60,531 nt of DNA from an uncultured Gemmatimonas sp. (GCA_964537945.1 CAZIDS010000001.1:1-60531); one strand, 5' to 3'. Positions 38,901-45,287 are shown, counted from the first letter of the stretch. Translations and numbers: made by a program. Notes: generated from the sequence alone by a model not told the origin.

Positions 38901-41839
38901 ACCCCGTCCCGGGCGTCAGCGTGACGCTCGCCGCGACCGGCACGGGGAACACGCTCACGCAGCCGAGCGCGGTGACGGACGCGAACGGCGCGACGATCGG
39001 CTCGCTCAGCTCGCTCGTCGCGGGCGCGAAGGTCGTCAGCGCCGACGCCGGCGGCGTCGCCGTGACGCAGACGGCGACGGTGACGGTCACGGCTGGCGCG
39101 GTCTCAGGCGCGAACTCGTCGCTCGTCTCCGACCAGTCGACGCTCAGCGCCGACGGCGGCAGCGCGACGATCACGGTCACGGTGCGCGACGCGAACAACA
39201 ATCCGGTGCCGGGCGCGACCGTCGTGCTCTCGGCGACCGGGACCGGCAACTCGATCACGCAGCCCGCAGCCGTCACCGACGCGAACGGGGTCGCGGCCGG
39301 CACGTACGCGGGCACGGGCGCCGGACTGCACACGGTCTCGGCGACGGCGGACGGCACCGCGGTCACGCAGACGGCGGACATCACCATCACGGCCGGCGCG
39401 GTGTCGCCGACCGTCTCGACGATCGGTGCGAACGCGGCAAGCATCGTGGCCGCGACGGGCGTCGCGACGATCACGGTCACCGCGCGCGACCAGCACGGCA
39501 ACGGCGTTGCCGGCCGCACGGTCGCGATCGCGGTGACCGGCACCGGCAACTCGGTCACGCAGCCGGCCGCGGTCACCGACGCGAACGGCGTGGCGACGGC
39601 GAGCTTCTCGTCGACCGTCGCCGAGGCGAAGACCGTGAGCGCGACGATCGACGGCGACCCGATGACGGCGACGGTGGCGGTCCCCGTGACGCCGGGCGCC
39701 GTCTCGGCGGCGACGTCGACGGTCGACGCGGCGCCCGCCAGCATCAGCGCCGACGGCGGCACGAGCACGATCACCGTCACCGCGCGCGACGCGAGCAACA
39801 ATCCGATCGCCGGCGTCGCGGTCACGCTCTCGGCCACCGGTGCGAACAACACCCTGGGCCAGCCGGCCGCGGTGACCGACGCGAACGGCGTCGCCACCGG
39901 CACCATCGCGTCGACCGCTTCCGGCGCCAAGGTCGTCAGCGCCGAGATCGCCGGGGTCGCGATCACCGATGATGCCACGGTCACGGTGACGCCGGGAGCG
40001 GTCTCGCTGGCCGTCTCGACGATCGGGACGAACGCCGCGAGCATCGCCGCCGGCACCGGTGTCGCGACGATCACGGTGACGGCGCGCGACCAGCACGGCA
40101 ACGGCGTGCCGGGGCGCACCGTGCTCATCACCGTGAGCGGCACCGGCAACTCGATCGCGCAGCCCGCGGCGGTGACCGACGCGAGCGGCATCGCGACCGC
40201 GACCTTCTCGTCGACGCTGGCCGAGGCGAAGACGGTCGGCGCGTCGATCGACGGGAACACCATCACGCCGACGACGGCCGTCACGGTCACGCCGGGCGCC
40301 GTCTCGGCCGCGAACTCCTCCGTGGACGCGGCGCCGGCGAGCATCAGCGCCGACGGCGGCACGAGCACGATCACCGTCACCGCGCGTGACGCGAACAACA
40401 ACGTCATCCCGGGCGTGGCCGTCGTCCTCGCGGCCACCGGCTCGGGGAACACGCTCGGCCAGCCGGCCGCCGTGACCGACGTGAACGGCGTCGCGACCGG
40501 TACGCTGTCCTCCACCGGCTCGGGCGCGAAGGATGTCAGCGCCCAGGTCGCGGGCGTCGCGATCACCGACCTGGCGACCGTCACCGTCACGGCGGGCGCG
40601 GTCTCGCCCACGGTCTCGACGATCGGCACGAACGCGGCGACCATCACCGCCGGCACCGGCACCGCCACGATCACCGTGACGGCACGCGACCAGCACGGCA
40701 ACCCCGTCGCGGGGCGCACCGTCGAGATCGCGGTCAGCGGCACCGGCAACTCGGTCACGCAGCCGGCAGCGGTGACGAATGCCGCCGGCGTCGCGACGGC
40801 GACCTTCTCGTCCACGGTAGCGCAGGCGAAGACCGTCGGCGCGACGATCGACGGCAACGCGATCACACCCACCACGGCGGTGACCGTCACGCCGGGCGCA
40901 CCGTCGGCGTCGCTCTCGACGATCGTGGCCGCGCCGAACAGCATCGATACCGACGCCGGCTCGAGCACGGTGACCGTCACCGCGCGCGACGACCATGGCA
41001 ATCCGATCCCGGGCATCGCGGTCTTCCTCGCCGTGACGGGCAGCGGGAACTCGCTCACGCAACCGGCGGCCCTCACCGACGCGAACGGCGTCGCGACCGG
41101 CTCGCTCTCGTCGACGATCGTCGGGCAGAAGGTGCTCACGGCCTCGGTGGCCGGCGACCTGATCGACGCCGCGGACACCGTCACGGTGACGCCGGGCGTC
41201 GCGGCCGAGCTGGTCGTGACGGGCTCGCCGACCAACGTCATCGCCGGCGACGCGGTCTCGCCCGCGATCGTGATCCAGGCGCGCGACCAGCACGGCAATC
41301 TCGCCACCGGCTTCACCGGCAACGTGACGCTCGCGATCGAGACGGGCACGGGCACGGCCGGAGCGGCATTCACCGGCTCGACGACGGCGACCGTCGCGGC
41401 CGTCGCCGGCGTCGCGACCTTCAATGACATCCGCATCGACAGCGCGGGCACCGGCTACCGCCTGCGCGCCTCGGCGACCGGCGTCACCGACACGCTCACG
41501 ATCGACTTCAACGTCACGCCGGGCGCGGTCTCGGTGGCGATGTCCGGGATCACGGTCTCCGCCGCGTCCGTCCAGGTCGGGAACACCGTCACGTTCACGC
41601 TCACCGCCCGCGACGCGCTCGGCAACCGTATCCTGACGGGTGGTGAGACCGTCGTCTTCTCGCTCGATGCCGATGGCACGGCGGCCGGCAGCTTCGGGTC
41701 GGTCACCGATCACGGCGACGGCACCTACACGGTGGTATTCACCGGCGACACCGACGGCACCGCCCGCACCATCCTCGCCACGATCGGCGGGGTAGCTGTC
41801 ACGAGGGCGCCCGCGCCCACGATCACCGTCGATCCATAA
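26960..41839 (+). CDS. Giant (4,959 aa) surface lipoprotein/adhesin with invasin/Big_1-type Ig repeats
   Basis: GGAGG 8 nt before GTG, Arg-rich n-region, h-region and LTTC lipobox. Then BACON-like, PPC-like and FN3-like modules, followed by tandem TITVTARDANGN...TDANG.AT units. C-terminal VTDHGDGTYT Ig module. Codon usage is typical throughout. Confidence 0.93.
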   Translation: MNGVRSADSRPRARSRARRAFASLATFLVAASLTTCKLDDLLTPGTVGSLASTTSEVADTAFAGSTATTQYDVDLQVNGVDERMRFVVSAEHGSGWIELQGETGVAPGTFSVTVNPTGLAAGDHVDTLRFTSEGPDAPVLRIPVRLTLMPCAVTDLGALPTTVAGQLTTADCASPRFADRFAKRYRFAATVNDSVTFRLESSAFAPSLAVFPEGSTTALIATNSCPVAANAACARYVRIPATGNYIFEATSVAARATGAYDVTMGSPRAANAPTALVQTTNATPPVPIDVGGALAATTLRLGATLSDPDLDSTRLELEVRATGIAFTGVPTASGPLGLGASTLTVAGLADVTGYKWRARAVDVTGRASAWVEFGANAPDAVDFAIAIPDAPTAPASMTQRKSDGTTPIAAAGVTDESSVMLGATLNDLDAGDQLRLEVELRPLAQAFTNTATSTSVAVGPGNTATVTVAGLVDGVSYKWQARTVDQTARASAWTPFVPSGAAFRTAFPPTQLAFTSSPTTVVAGVAIAPAVTVAARDGAGATLTSYTGPITVSLAANPDSATLGGTLTVNAVAGIATFSDLTLNRVGTQFTLRANVGALSTTTAAFSVTPAAAAALVVTTSPASATAGTTLAPATVVRARDAFGNAATAYTGNVTVALATNAPGATLAGTTTVAAVGGVATFSDLSVARAATGLTIVASAPGLTGGAGTAFNITPGIAAQLHVTTEPSAAARSGQALLQQPAVAVEDAFGNRVNANGVVITASVATGPGATLAGATATTNATGLAQFTGLTLTGTGGAYTLAFNGGSLAADTSTAITLGAGGLSRIGISVQPSATVVSGQVFTTPARVRLQDASGNDVAQAGVPISVAISSGSGVLTGTSPVLTDATGEAEFDDLVITGVVGVRQLSFASPGLGFVTSGNVTVTAGAASSIQLVAGTGQNAVAGANVTTPPSVRVRDASGNVVAGAPVTFAVTGGAGTVLPATPVLTDANGLATATSWTLGTTAGLNLVNATSPGLVGSPVQFTANGIAGAAAQLAMFGGDNLTGPVATTLGTPHEVRVTDANGNAVAGVTVNWSAATGGGSINPSVSVTGTDGRASATRTLGGGAGPQTSTASVVLAGGPASVTFNVTATVGGATQLTLVGGDQQADSVGSTLATPLSVLVRDANNNPVPNVLISWSVIDGGGSVQPSTSFTNASGIATTSWTLGATTTPTDSTQFVRASGVGSPVNFIATARPGGVSAAQTNVAVVPSSVPASRTAPATVTVTARDRFGNVIPGRTVTIAAAGVGNTIEQPVAPTSAVGVATGAVGATSAGARTIVATVDGIVAEQQPTLTVVAAPAASLLFLTTPPTAVAGTAFSPVLSVGVADSLGNRNFTFGGNVTIGIAVNPSTGTLAGTVTRTAVAGIANFAGLSLDRAGAGYTLIATSPGLGSATSGTIDVSSGGISAARTLVAADLATIVAGRDTATVTVTVRDANDNPVAGASVTLAATGIGNAIIQPVGVTDANGVITGRFSSTVTGARSISASVNGGGAGTVNVTATAAVNVAPADVSPTLSAVEAVPATIVAGGASTTVTVTVRDLFGNAIPGATVILAASGTGNAISQPGSPTAASGVTSGSVASTVSGVKTVTATANGVAITAGATLTVQPGAVSASSSTIVLGASTIIAGGAATAITVTARDANGNPIPGQAVVLAVTGTGNTLTQPAGVTDANGVATGSIASTVTGSKTVSATIGGTAVTPSQVLTVAPGAISETLSTVELATTTTSAGAPPVTITVTVRDANGNPVPGQAVVLAATGAGNTLTQPTAFTNALGVATGSLSSTTAGAKVVSATAGGVGLTQAPTLTVGAGTVSPVTSTIVAVPDTISADGGSSTVTVTARDASGNPVAGATVTIGASGTGNTITQPPAVTDANGVASGALSSTASGLKVVIAAINGSGLPQTDTVVVVPGALSNANSSLVVATDTITAGGTATTITVTARDAHNNALVGAAVVLAATGAGNTLTQPAATTNASGIATGSIASTVTGTKILTATVGGVPLADDDTVVVRAGAVSAALSTVVTSAPTISAAVGQATITVTARDANGNLAPGVTVLLSATGSGNTLTQPGVVTNAAGQASGTFSSTVSEAKTISAIVGGTPVTQTAAITVVPDAVSATQSTVAALPTSITADGGTSTITVTARDANGNPIAGVSVVLSATGTGNTVTQPAALTNASGQATGTLASTVAGLKTVSAAINGVGLTQTVNVTVTPGAVSAATSSLAAAPTTLSADGGASTVTVTARDANGNVIPGLAVSVASTGTGNSITQPGSGTDANGAVTASFSSTAAGIKTLSATIAGVTITQTATVTVNAGVVSGAISTVAAAPGTISADGGSSTITVTARDAHGNPIAGQVVTIAATGTGNTLVQPAAVTDANGVATGSISSTGAGAKAVSATIGATTVSTPAIVTVTAGAVSGATSSLIASPAVITAGGTGATVTVIARDAFGNLVPGLAATIAATGAGNTVTQPAALTSAAGTTTGTVASTVAGLKEISATVGGVAVQLLDTVNVVAAVASLTTSTLVADPATIGASGPTSTITVTARDAFGNLVQGVTVALAATGSGNTLTQPALPTNASGIAVGTLASTVTGDKIVSATLDGGALVMRDTVTVIPGSVSAALTTVAAAPGTLTAGGTGSTITVTARDPSGNPIPGVVVTLAASGTGNTVTQPIVVTDATGAVTGTIASTIAGTKVVTATVAGTVITQTASVVVGPAALSTTTTTVQAAPASIAAGSGTSTITVTARDEFGNAIPGLAVSLAATGTGNTVTQPAAVTSATGVAAGTLASTVTGTKTVTATVGGVTIPQTVDVTVTPGAVSNALATLDAAPDTMTAGSTSTITVTARDANGNVLPGATVVLAASGAGNTVTQPFGVTDANGVATGSLLSTAVGNKIITASVNTTTLLQSDTVTVTPAAVSAATSTVAATPAPIVAGVGSRTITVTVRDAFSNVIPGATVTLAATGTGNTVTQPAAVTDANGVATGSLSSTVSGTKVVTATADGVTITQTVNVSVTSGTVSAANSTIGAAPGSLTAGAGSSTVTITARDANNNPIAGLLVSLSATGTGNSVTQPSVATDANGVATGAYAGTSAGDHVLSASIDGVTITPTATVTIAPAAVSAATSTVLAAPGTITAGGTGSTITVTARDAFNNAVPGLVVSLAASGTGNTVTQPAAVTDANGQATGSLSSTVSGTKVVTATAGGTTLTQTPSVTVNAGAVSAANSTIDAAPGTLTAGVGSSTVTVTARDANNNPIPGLLVSISATGAGNTVTQPGATTDANGVATGSYASTSAGAHTLSASIDGVTITPTATVTVSPAAVSAATSTVQSAPASITAGGTGSTITVTARDAFNNAVPGLAITIAATGTGNTVTQPAAVTDANGQATGTVASTVTGVKSVSASAGATAITQTTNVTVTPAAISAALSTLTASPDTISADGGSTTLTVTARDLHGNLVPGALVILASASPGASVQQPSGATDANGVATGSASSTVSGDKVITVTIGGVAITQTAALHVTAGALSAGASDVSASLTALTAGAGTSTITVIARDAHNNPVPGATVVLSAPGTGNTIVQPAAVTDAAGTTTGTFSSTSRGAKVITAMIDGIAANETAVITISPAAPDGAHTGLTLSDGVIAAAVGTTTVTVVARDEFDNPVPGATVVIAASGTGNTVTQPAAVTDANGATTGTVSSTVTGSKTISGTVNGTAITQTRTLTVIPDAISSAQSSLTLSTGSIVAGGAGTTVTVTARDANGNAVSGAAVVISATASGNTITQPAATTDANGVATGTVAATLTGARTVSATINGIAVTQTQALTVTPGAVSAATSTVDAAPASISADGGSSTITVTARDANGNVIPGATVVLAATGSGNSLVQPAAVTDANGVATGSLSSTGAAAKTVTATIDAVAITDDATVTVTPGAISAATTSVAAVPASIAAGGGGSTITITVRDQHANPVPGVSVTLAATGTGNTLTQPSAVTDANGATIGSLSSLVAGAKVVSADAGGVAVTQTATVTVTAGAVSGANSSLVSDQSTLSADGGSATITVTVRDANNNPVPGATVVLSATGTGNSITQPAAVTDANGVAAGTYAGTGAGLHTVSATADGTAVTQTADITITAGAVSPTVSTIGANAASIVAATGVATITVTARDQHGNGVAGRTVAIAVTGTGNSVTQPAAVTDANGVATASFSSTVAEAKTVSATIDGDPMTATVAVPVTPGAVSAATSTVDAAPASISADGGTSTITVTARDASNNPIAGVAVTLSATGANNTLGQPAAVTDANGVATGTIASTASGAKVVSAEIAGVAITDDATVTVTPGAVSLAVSTIGTNAASIAAGTGVATITVTARDQHGNGVPGRTVLITVSGTGNSIAQPAAVTDASGIATATFSSTLAEAKTVGASIDGNTITPTTAVTVTPGAVSAANSSVDAAPASISADGGTSTITVTARDANNNVIPGVAVVLAATGSGNTLGQPAAVTDVNGVATGTLSSTGSGAKDVSAQVAGVAITDLATVTVTAGAVSPTVSTIGTNAATITAGTGTATITVTARDQHGNPVAGRTVEIAVSGTGNSVTQPAAVTNAAGVATATFSSTVAQAKTVGATIDGNAITPTTAVTVTPGAPSASLSTIVAAPNSIDTDAGSSTVTVTARDDHGNPIPGIAVFLAVTGSGNSLTQPAALTDANGVATGSLSSTIVGQKVLTASVAGDLIDAADTVTVTPGVAAELVVTGSPTNVIAGDAVSPAIVIQARDQHGNLATGFTGNVTLAIETGTGTAGAAFTGSTTATVAAVAGVATFNDIRIDSAGTGYRLRASATGVTDTLTIDFNVTPGAVSVAMSGITVSAASVQVGNTVTFTLTARDALGNRILTGGETVVFSLDADGTAAGSFGSVTDHGDGTYTVVFTGDTDGTARTILATIGGVAVTRAPAPTITVDP
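31283..41200 (+). repeat. Array of 33 coding repeats with 300-bp period
   Basis: The Asp codon of the (A/V)RD motif falls at 31376, then every 300 nt from 31691 to 35291. After a 3-nt deletion it falls every 300 nt from 35588 to 40988. Confidence 0.95.
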
Positions 41840-41899
41840 CGCCCCCGCTCTTCCACGCTAGAATTCGCTGACGACCCCCCAGTGTCCCTGACCTCCCGC

Positions 41900-43474
41900 A
41901 TGATCTGTCCCCGCTGCGCCGCCGCCGAGATCTCCCCCGTGACGGGGAAGTGCGAGCTGTGCGGGTATCAGCACGCCGGCGGCGCGCCGCATCCCGCCGA
42001 TGACGTGGTGGGGCTCGCGAAGGGGCAGCTCGCGCACGAGTTCGTGTTCGGCGAGGACTTCGACTCCGACGCGGATTCGGCGGTCGTGCGGGCGAAGGAG
42101 GTCGCGACGGGCCGCCCGGTGCTGGTGCGCGTGACTCAGCGCCGCGCGGCGGACCCGGAGGCGGCCGAGTCGTTCCGCACGACGATGGCGGCCTTCCAGC
42201 AGCTCGACCATCCGAACCTGCTCTCGGTGCTCCGCTTCGGCAGCACCGACAGCGTCTTCTGGTACGCGACCGACGACCGCGGCGGCACGACGCTCCGCGC
42301 GCGCCTGCGCACCGAGGAACGCGTGGACCTGCGCGCGAGCCGGCGGATCCTCACGCAGCTGGCGAGCGCGCTCGATTACCTGCACCGGCGCGGGCTCGTG
42401 CACGGCGCGGTGCGCGCGGAGTCGGTGCTCGTCGACGCCAACGGCTGGGTGGGACTGACCGACCCGAACACGCTGCGCCCGACCTGGCGCCGCGTCGCGA
42501 AGCCGACGCCGGCCGCCGGGATGCCGAAGCCGGCGCCCGCGAAGGGCGCGCCGCCCCGCCCCTCGCCCGCCGAGGGCACCGCCGCGCCCGCGGGCGATCA
42601 GGCCGCCGTGCGCGAGCCGTGGGTCGCACCGGAGGAGTTCTCGCGCGGCGAGCGGTTCCCCGCGGCTGACCAGTACGCGCTCGCGGCGCTCGCGTTCGAG
42701 ATGCTCGCCGGCCGTGCGCTCACCGGCGCGCCGCGCGCGCTCGCCGAACTGCGGCCCGACCTGCCGGTGCGCTGCGTGCGCGCGGTCGAGCGTGCGTTGA
42801 GCGCGTCGCCGGCGCAGCGCTTCCCGTCCTGCGCCGACTTCCTCTTCGCGCTCGAGGAGGAGACCGCGATCGCGAACACCGGTCCCGCCGCACGCGTGAC
42901 CAGCGAAGTCGTGATGGTGAAGGACTGGAAGGCGCCGAGCGACCCGCATCGGAAGGCGAAGCTCGCCGGGAGGATCGCCGTCGGCGTCGCGCTCGCCGCC
43001 GGCCTCGTGTTCGCCGCGCCGACCGTGAAGTCGGCGCTCTCGCCGCGGCCGCCGGTGCAGTCGGAGGAGACGACGTCAGGCGCGCCCTCCGCCGCACGCG
43101 CCACGCCGACCGATGGCGCGCGTCCCGACCCCACGTCGACGGTGGTACTCACTACGCCGCGCAGCGACGTGCCACGCTCGACGCCGCGCACGTCGAACCC
43201 GGTTGCGAACGCGCCGGCCGCGCCGGCCGAGCCCGCGCCGGCCGCGCCGGCCGCGACCGCGCGGCTCTTCGTGAACTCGACGCCGTGGGGCCAGGTCTTC
43301 GTGGACGGCCAGGGCGTCGGCAACACCCCGCGCCCGAACCTGCCGATCACGGCGGGCACCCACACGCTGCGCGTGCAGCGCGAGGGCTTCACCGCGTGGG
43401 AGCGCACGATCCGCATCGCCGCGGGTGATACGCTCCGCTTCACCGACATCGTGCTGGCGCCGATCAACCCATGA
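41900..43474 (+). CDS. Hanks-type Ser/Thr pseudokinase with N-terminal Zn ribbon, TM helix and C-terminal PEGA-like domain
   Basis: CPRC...CELC, LDHPNLL, LDYLHRRGLVHGAVRAESVL, APEE, ADQYAL, TM IAVGVALAAGLVFAA, LFVNSTPWGQVFVDG...GNTP...GTHTLRV.REGF. Alternative GTG start at 41882. Confidence 0.88.
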   Translation: MICPRCAAAEISPVTGKCELCGYQHAGGAPHPADDVVGLAKGQLAHEFVFGEDFDSDADSAVVRAKEVATGRPVLVRVTQRRAADPEAAESFRTTMAAFQQLDHPNLLSVLRFGSTDSVFWYATDDRGGTTLRARLRTEERVDLRASRRILTQLASALDYLHRRGLVHGAVRAESVLVDANGWVGLTDPNTLRPTWRRVAKPTPAAGMPKPAPAKGAPPRPSPAEGTAAPAGDQAAVREPWVAPEEFSRGERFPAADQYALAALAFEMLAGRALTGAPRALAELRPDLPVRCVRAVERALSASPAQRFPSCADFLFALEEETAIANTGPAARVTSEVVMVKDWKAPSDPHRKAKLAGRIAVGVALAAGLVFAAPTVKSALSPRPPVQSEETTSGAPSAARATPTDGARPDPTSTVVLTTPRSDVPRSTPRTSNPVANAPAAPAEPAPAAPAATARLFVNSTPWGQVFVDGQGVGNTPRPNLPITAGTHTLRVQREGFTAWERTIRIAAGDTLRFTDIVLAPINP

Positions 43475-44544
43475 GCCGCGGCCGCCGCGGTGCCCTCGTG
43501 CGGACGCTCGCCGGCGCGCTGATCGCCGTGCTCCTCGTCGCGACGCCGCGCACGGGGGCCGCGCAGGCCGACCCGCTGCAGCGCGCCCTCGCCTCGTACC
43601 GCGACCTCGACTACGACGCGGCGGCGACCTCGCTGCGCGCGCTGCTGGCCGTCGAGGGCAGCGGCGCGCTCTCGGTGCGCGACCGGCAGCGCGCGCGCAC
43701 CTACCTCGCCGCATCGGAGGTCTTCCGGGGCCGCCGCGAGGCGGCGATCGAGCAGTTCCGCGCGATCCTCACCGACGACGCCAGCTTCCGGCCGGACCTG
43801 CTCGTCTTCCCGCCCGAGGTGACGACGGTCTTCCAGGCCGCGCGCTCGGGCCTGCGGGTCACTAACCTCCGCGTGCCACCGACCACGCGCATCGCGTCGG
43901 CGAACGACCGGCTCGTCGTGCGCGTCTGGGCGGCCTCGTCACACGACGTGCGCGTCGCGATCACCGACGAGCTCGGCAGCGCGGTGCGCCTGCTGCACGA
44001 AGGGCCGTCCGGCGACAGCCTCGTGCTCGAATGGAACGGGCGCGACGGCCTCGGCCGGTTCCGCGAGCCGGGCACCTACACGCTGCGCGTGACGTCGCGC
44101 ACCTCGGAGGGGCGCGACGAGCGCGAGGTGGAGGTGCCGCTGCGGATCGAGCGCGTCGCGCCCGACACGCTGCCGCTGCCCGAGCCGCCCTCGAGCGCCA
44201 GCATGCGACCCGAGACGGCGCCAGCGAGCGGCGGCACGCGTTTCCTCGTGACGGGGCTCTCCGGCGCGGCGATCGTCGCGGCGATGCCGTCCGTGGTCGG
44301 CGCGGAGAGCGGCGGCTCGTCGATGCGCTTCGGCATCGCGGCGGCCTTCGCGATCGCGGGGACGCTCGGCAAGGTGCGCGCGGCGAGCCCGCAGCCGATC
44401 CCGGCGAACATCGAGTGGAACCGGCGCCAGCGCGATTCGTGGGCACGCGAGGTCACGAGGGTCCGGGCCGAGAACGAGCAGCGCCGCGCGGTGCAGGGCG
44501 TGCTCATCCGCGCCGGCACGCCGGTCGCGCGGGAGTCGCGCTGA
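43471..44544 (+). CDS. Secreted TPR-like plus FlgD-Ig-like protein with C-terminal hydrophobic hairpin
   Basis: ATGA overlap, signal peptide, helical ALASYRDLDYDAAA...YLAA...AAIEQF, FlgD-like VRLLH...WNGRDGLG...PGTY, two Gly/Ala-rich hydrophobic segments. Confidence 0.75.
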   Translation: MSRGRRGALVRTLAGALIAVLLVATPRTGAAQADPLQRALASYRDLDYDAAATSLRALLAVEGSGALSVRDRQRARTYLAASEVFRGRREAAIEQFRAILTDDASFRPDLLVFPPEVTTVFQAARSGLRVTNLRVPPTTRIASANDRLVVRVWAASSHDVRVAITDELGSAVRLLHEGPSGDSLVLEWNGRDGLGRFREPGTYTLRVTSRTSEGRDEREVEVPLRIERVAPDTLPLPEPPSSASMRPETAPASGGTRFLVTGLSGAAIVAAMPSVVGAESGGSSMRFGIAAAFAIAGTLGKVRAASPQPIPANIEWNRRQRDSWAREVTRVRAENEQRRAVQGVLIRAGTPVARESR

Positions 44545-45188
44545 TGCGCTGCCTCCTCCTGCTCGGCCTCTTCGTGACCGCCACCGCGGGCGCGCAGACG
44601 CCCGGGGGATCGCGCTTCGGGATCGGCGGCGGGCTCACGGCGTCGCGGTCCGAGGTGTCGCGCGACGGCTTCGTGCAGTCGGAGCTCGCCGGGACCGTGT
44701 TCGGCTTCGCGGGGCAGGTGGCCTATCGCCGGTTCATGATCGAGGGCACGTACGCCGAGGGTGCCCTCTCGCCGCCGGGCGGCAGCGTCGGCGGGCAGCA
44801 GGAGACGTTCGCCGAACTGGGGGCCTTCATCGGGGCGAACGTCGGCTACGGGTTCACTGTCGGCGGCGGCCCGCGCTTCCGTGCCCTCGTGGCGCCGGGA
44901 AGCACCGTGCGCTGGATGCGCGTCGAGGCGAGGATGCGCTACACGCGGGAGATCGTGCCTGGCCGCGCGATGGCCGACGTGGACCTCTGGCAGGTGCTCA
45001 GCGCCGACGTGAATGCGCAGGGTGGCGCGAATGGCGGGCGGGGTGCATCGGCGGGGATCAGTTACCAGCTCCCCAACTCGCCGTTCGCACTGCGCGCGGC
45101 CTATACCGCCGACCGCATGGCTTTCGCGAGCGGCACGAGTGAATACCTCGATCGCGTGGAGCTCGGGCTCCGCTACGGGCGCCGTTGA
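44544..45188 (+). CDS. Small outer-membrane beta-barrel protein (214 aa)
   Basis: TGATG overlap, signal peptide MRCLLLLGLFVTATAGA-Q, about 10 amphipathic Gly/aromatic strands, last strand VELGLRY. Confidence 0.75.
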   Translation: MRCLLLLGLFVTATAGAQTPGGSRFGIGGGLTASRSEVSRDGFVQSELAGTVFGFAGQVAYRRFMIEGTYAEGALSPPGGSVGGQQETFAELGAFIGANVGYGFTVGGGPRFRALVAPGSTVRWMRVEARMRYTREIVPGRAMADVDLWQVLSADVNAQGGANGGRGASAGISYQLPNSPFALRAAYTADRMAFASGTSEYLDRVELGLRYGRR

Positions 45189-45197
45189 TGCGCTGAA

Positions 45198-45219
45198 GGG
45201 ACGCATCGCATCGCGTCCC
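45198..45219 (+). terminator. Hairpin after the beta-barrel gene
   Basis: GGGACGC-N8-GCGTCCC, 9 nt after the stop. No U-tract. Confidence 0.35.
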
Positions 45220-45228
45220 ATCGATCCG

Positions 45229-45287
45229 ATGACCATCGCGAATGGGATGCCCCCATTGCGCGATTAGTCATAATGAGTATCTATCAT
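45229..45287 (+). promoter_or_regulatory. AT-rich promoter/operator region of the ATP-grasp operon
   Basis: Imperfect inverted repeat at 45229-45271, CATAAT at 45269-45274, ATGA-N7-TCAT dyad at 45273-45287. Confidence 0.45.

Noticed and set aside
31283..41200. Possible assembly artefact or diversity-generating cassette array
   Set aside because: Units are all distinct in sequence and in one reading frame. No reverse transcriptase, recombinase or invertase gene is in the window.
41900..43474. Kinase pseudogene
   Set aside because: No frameshift or internal stop, TM and PEGA are intact, and it is coupled to the next gene. Treated as a pseudokinase.
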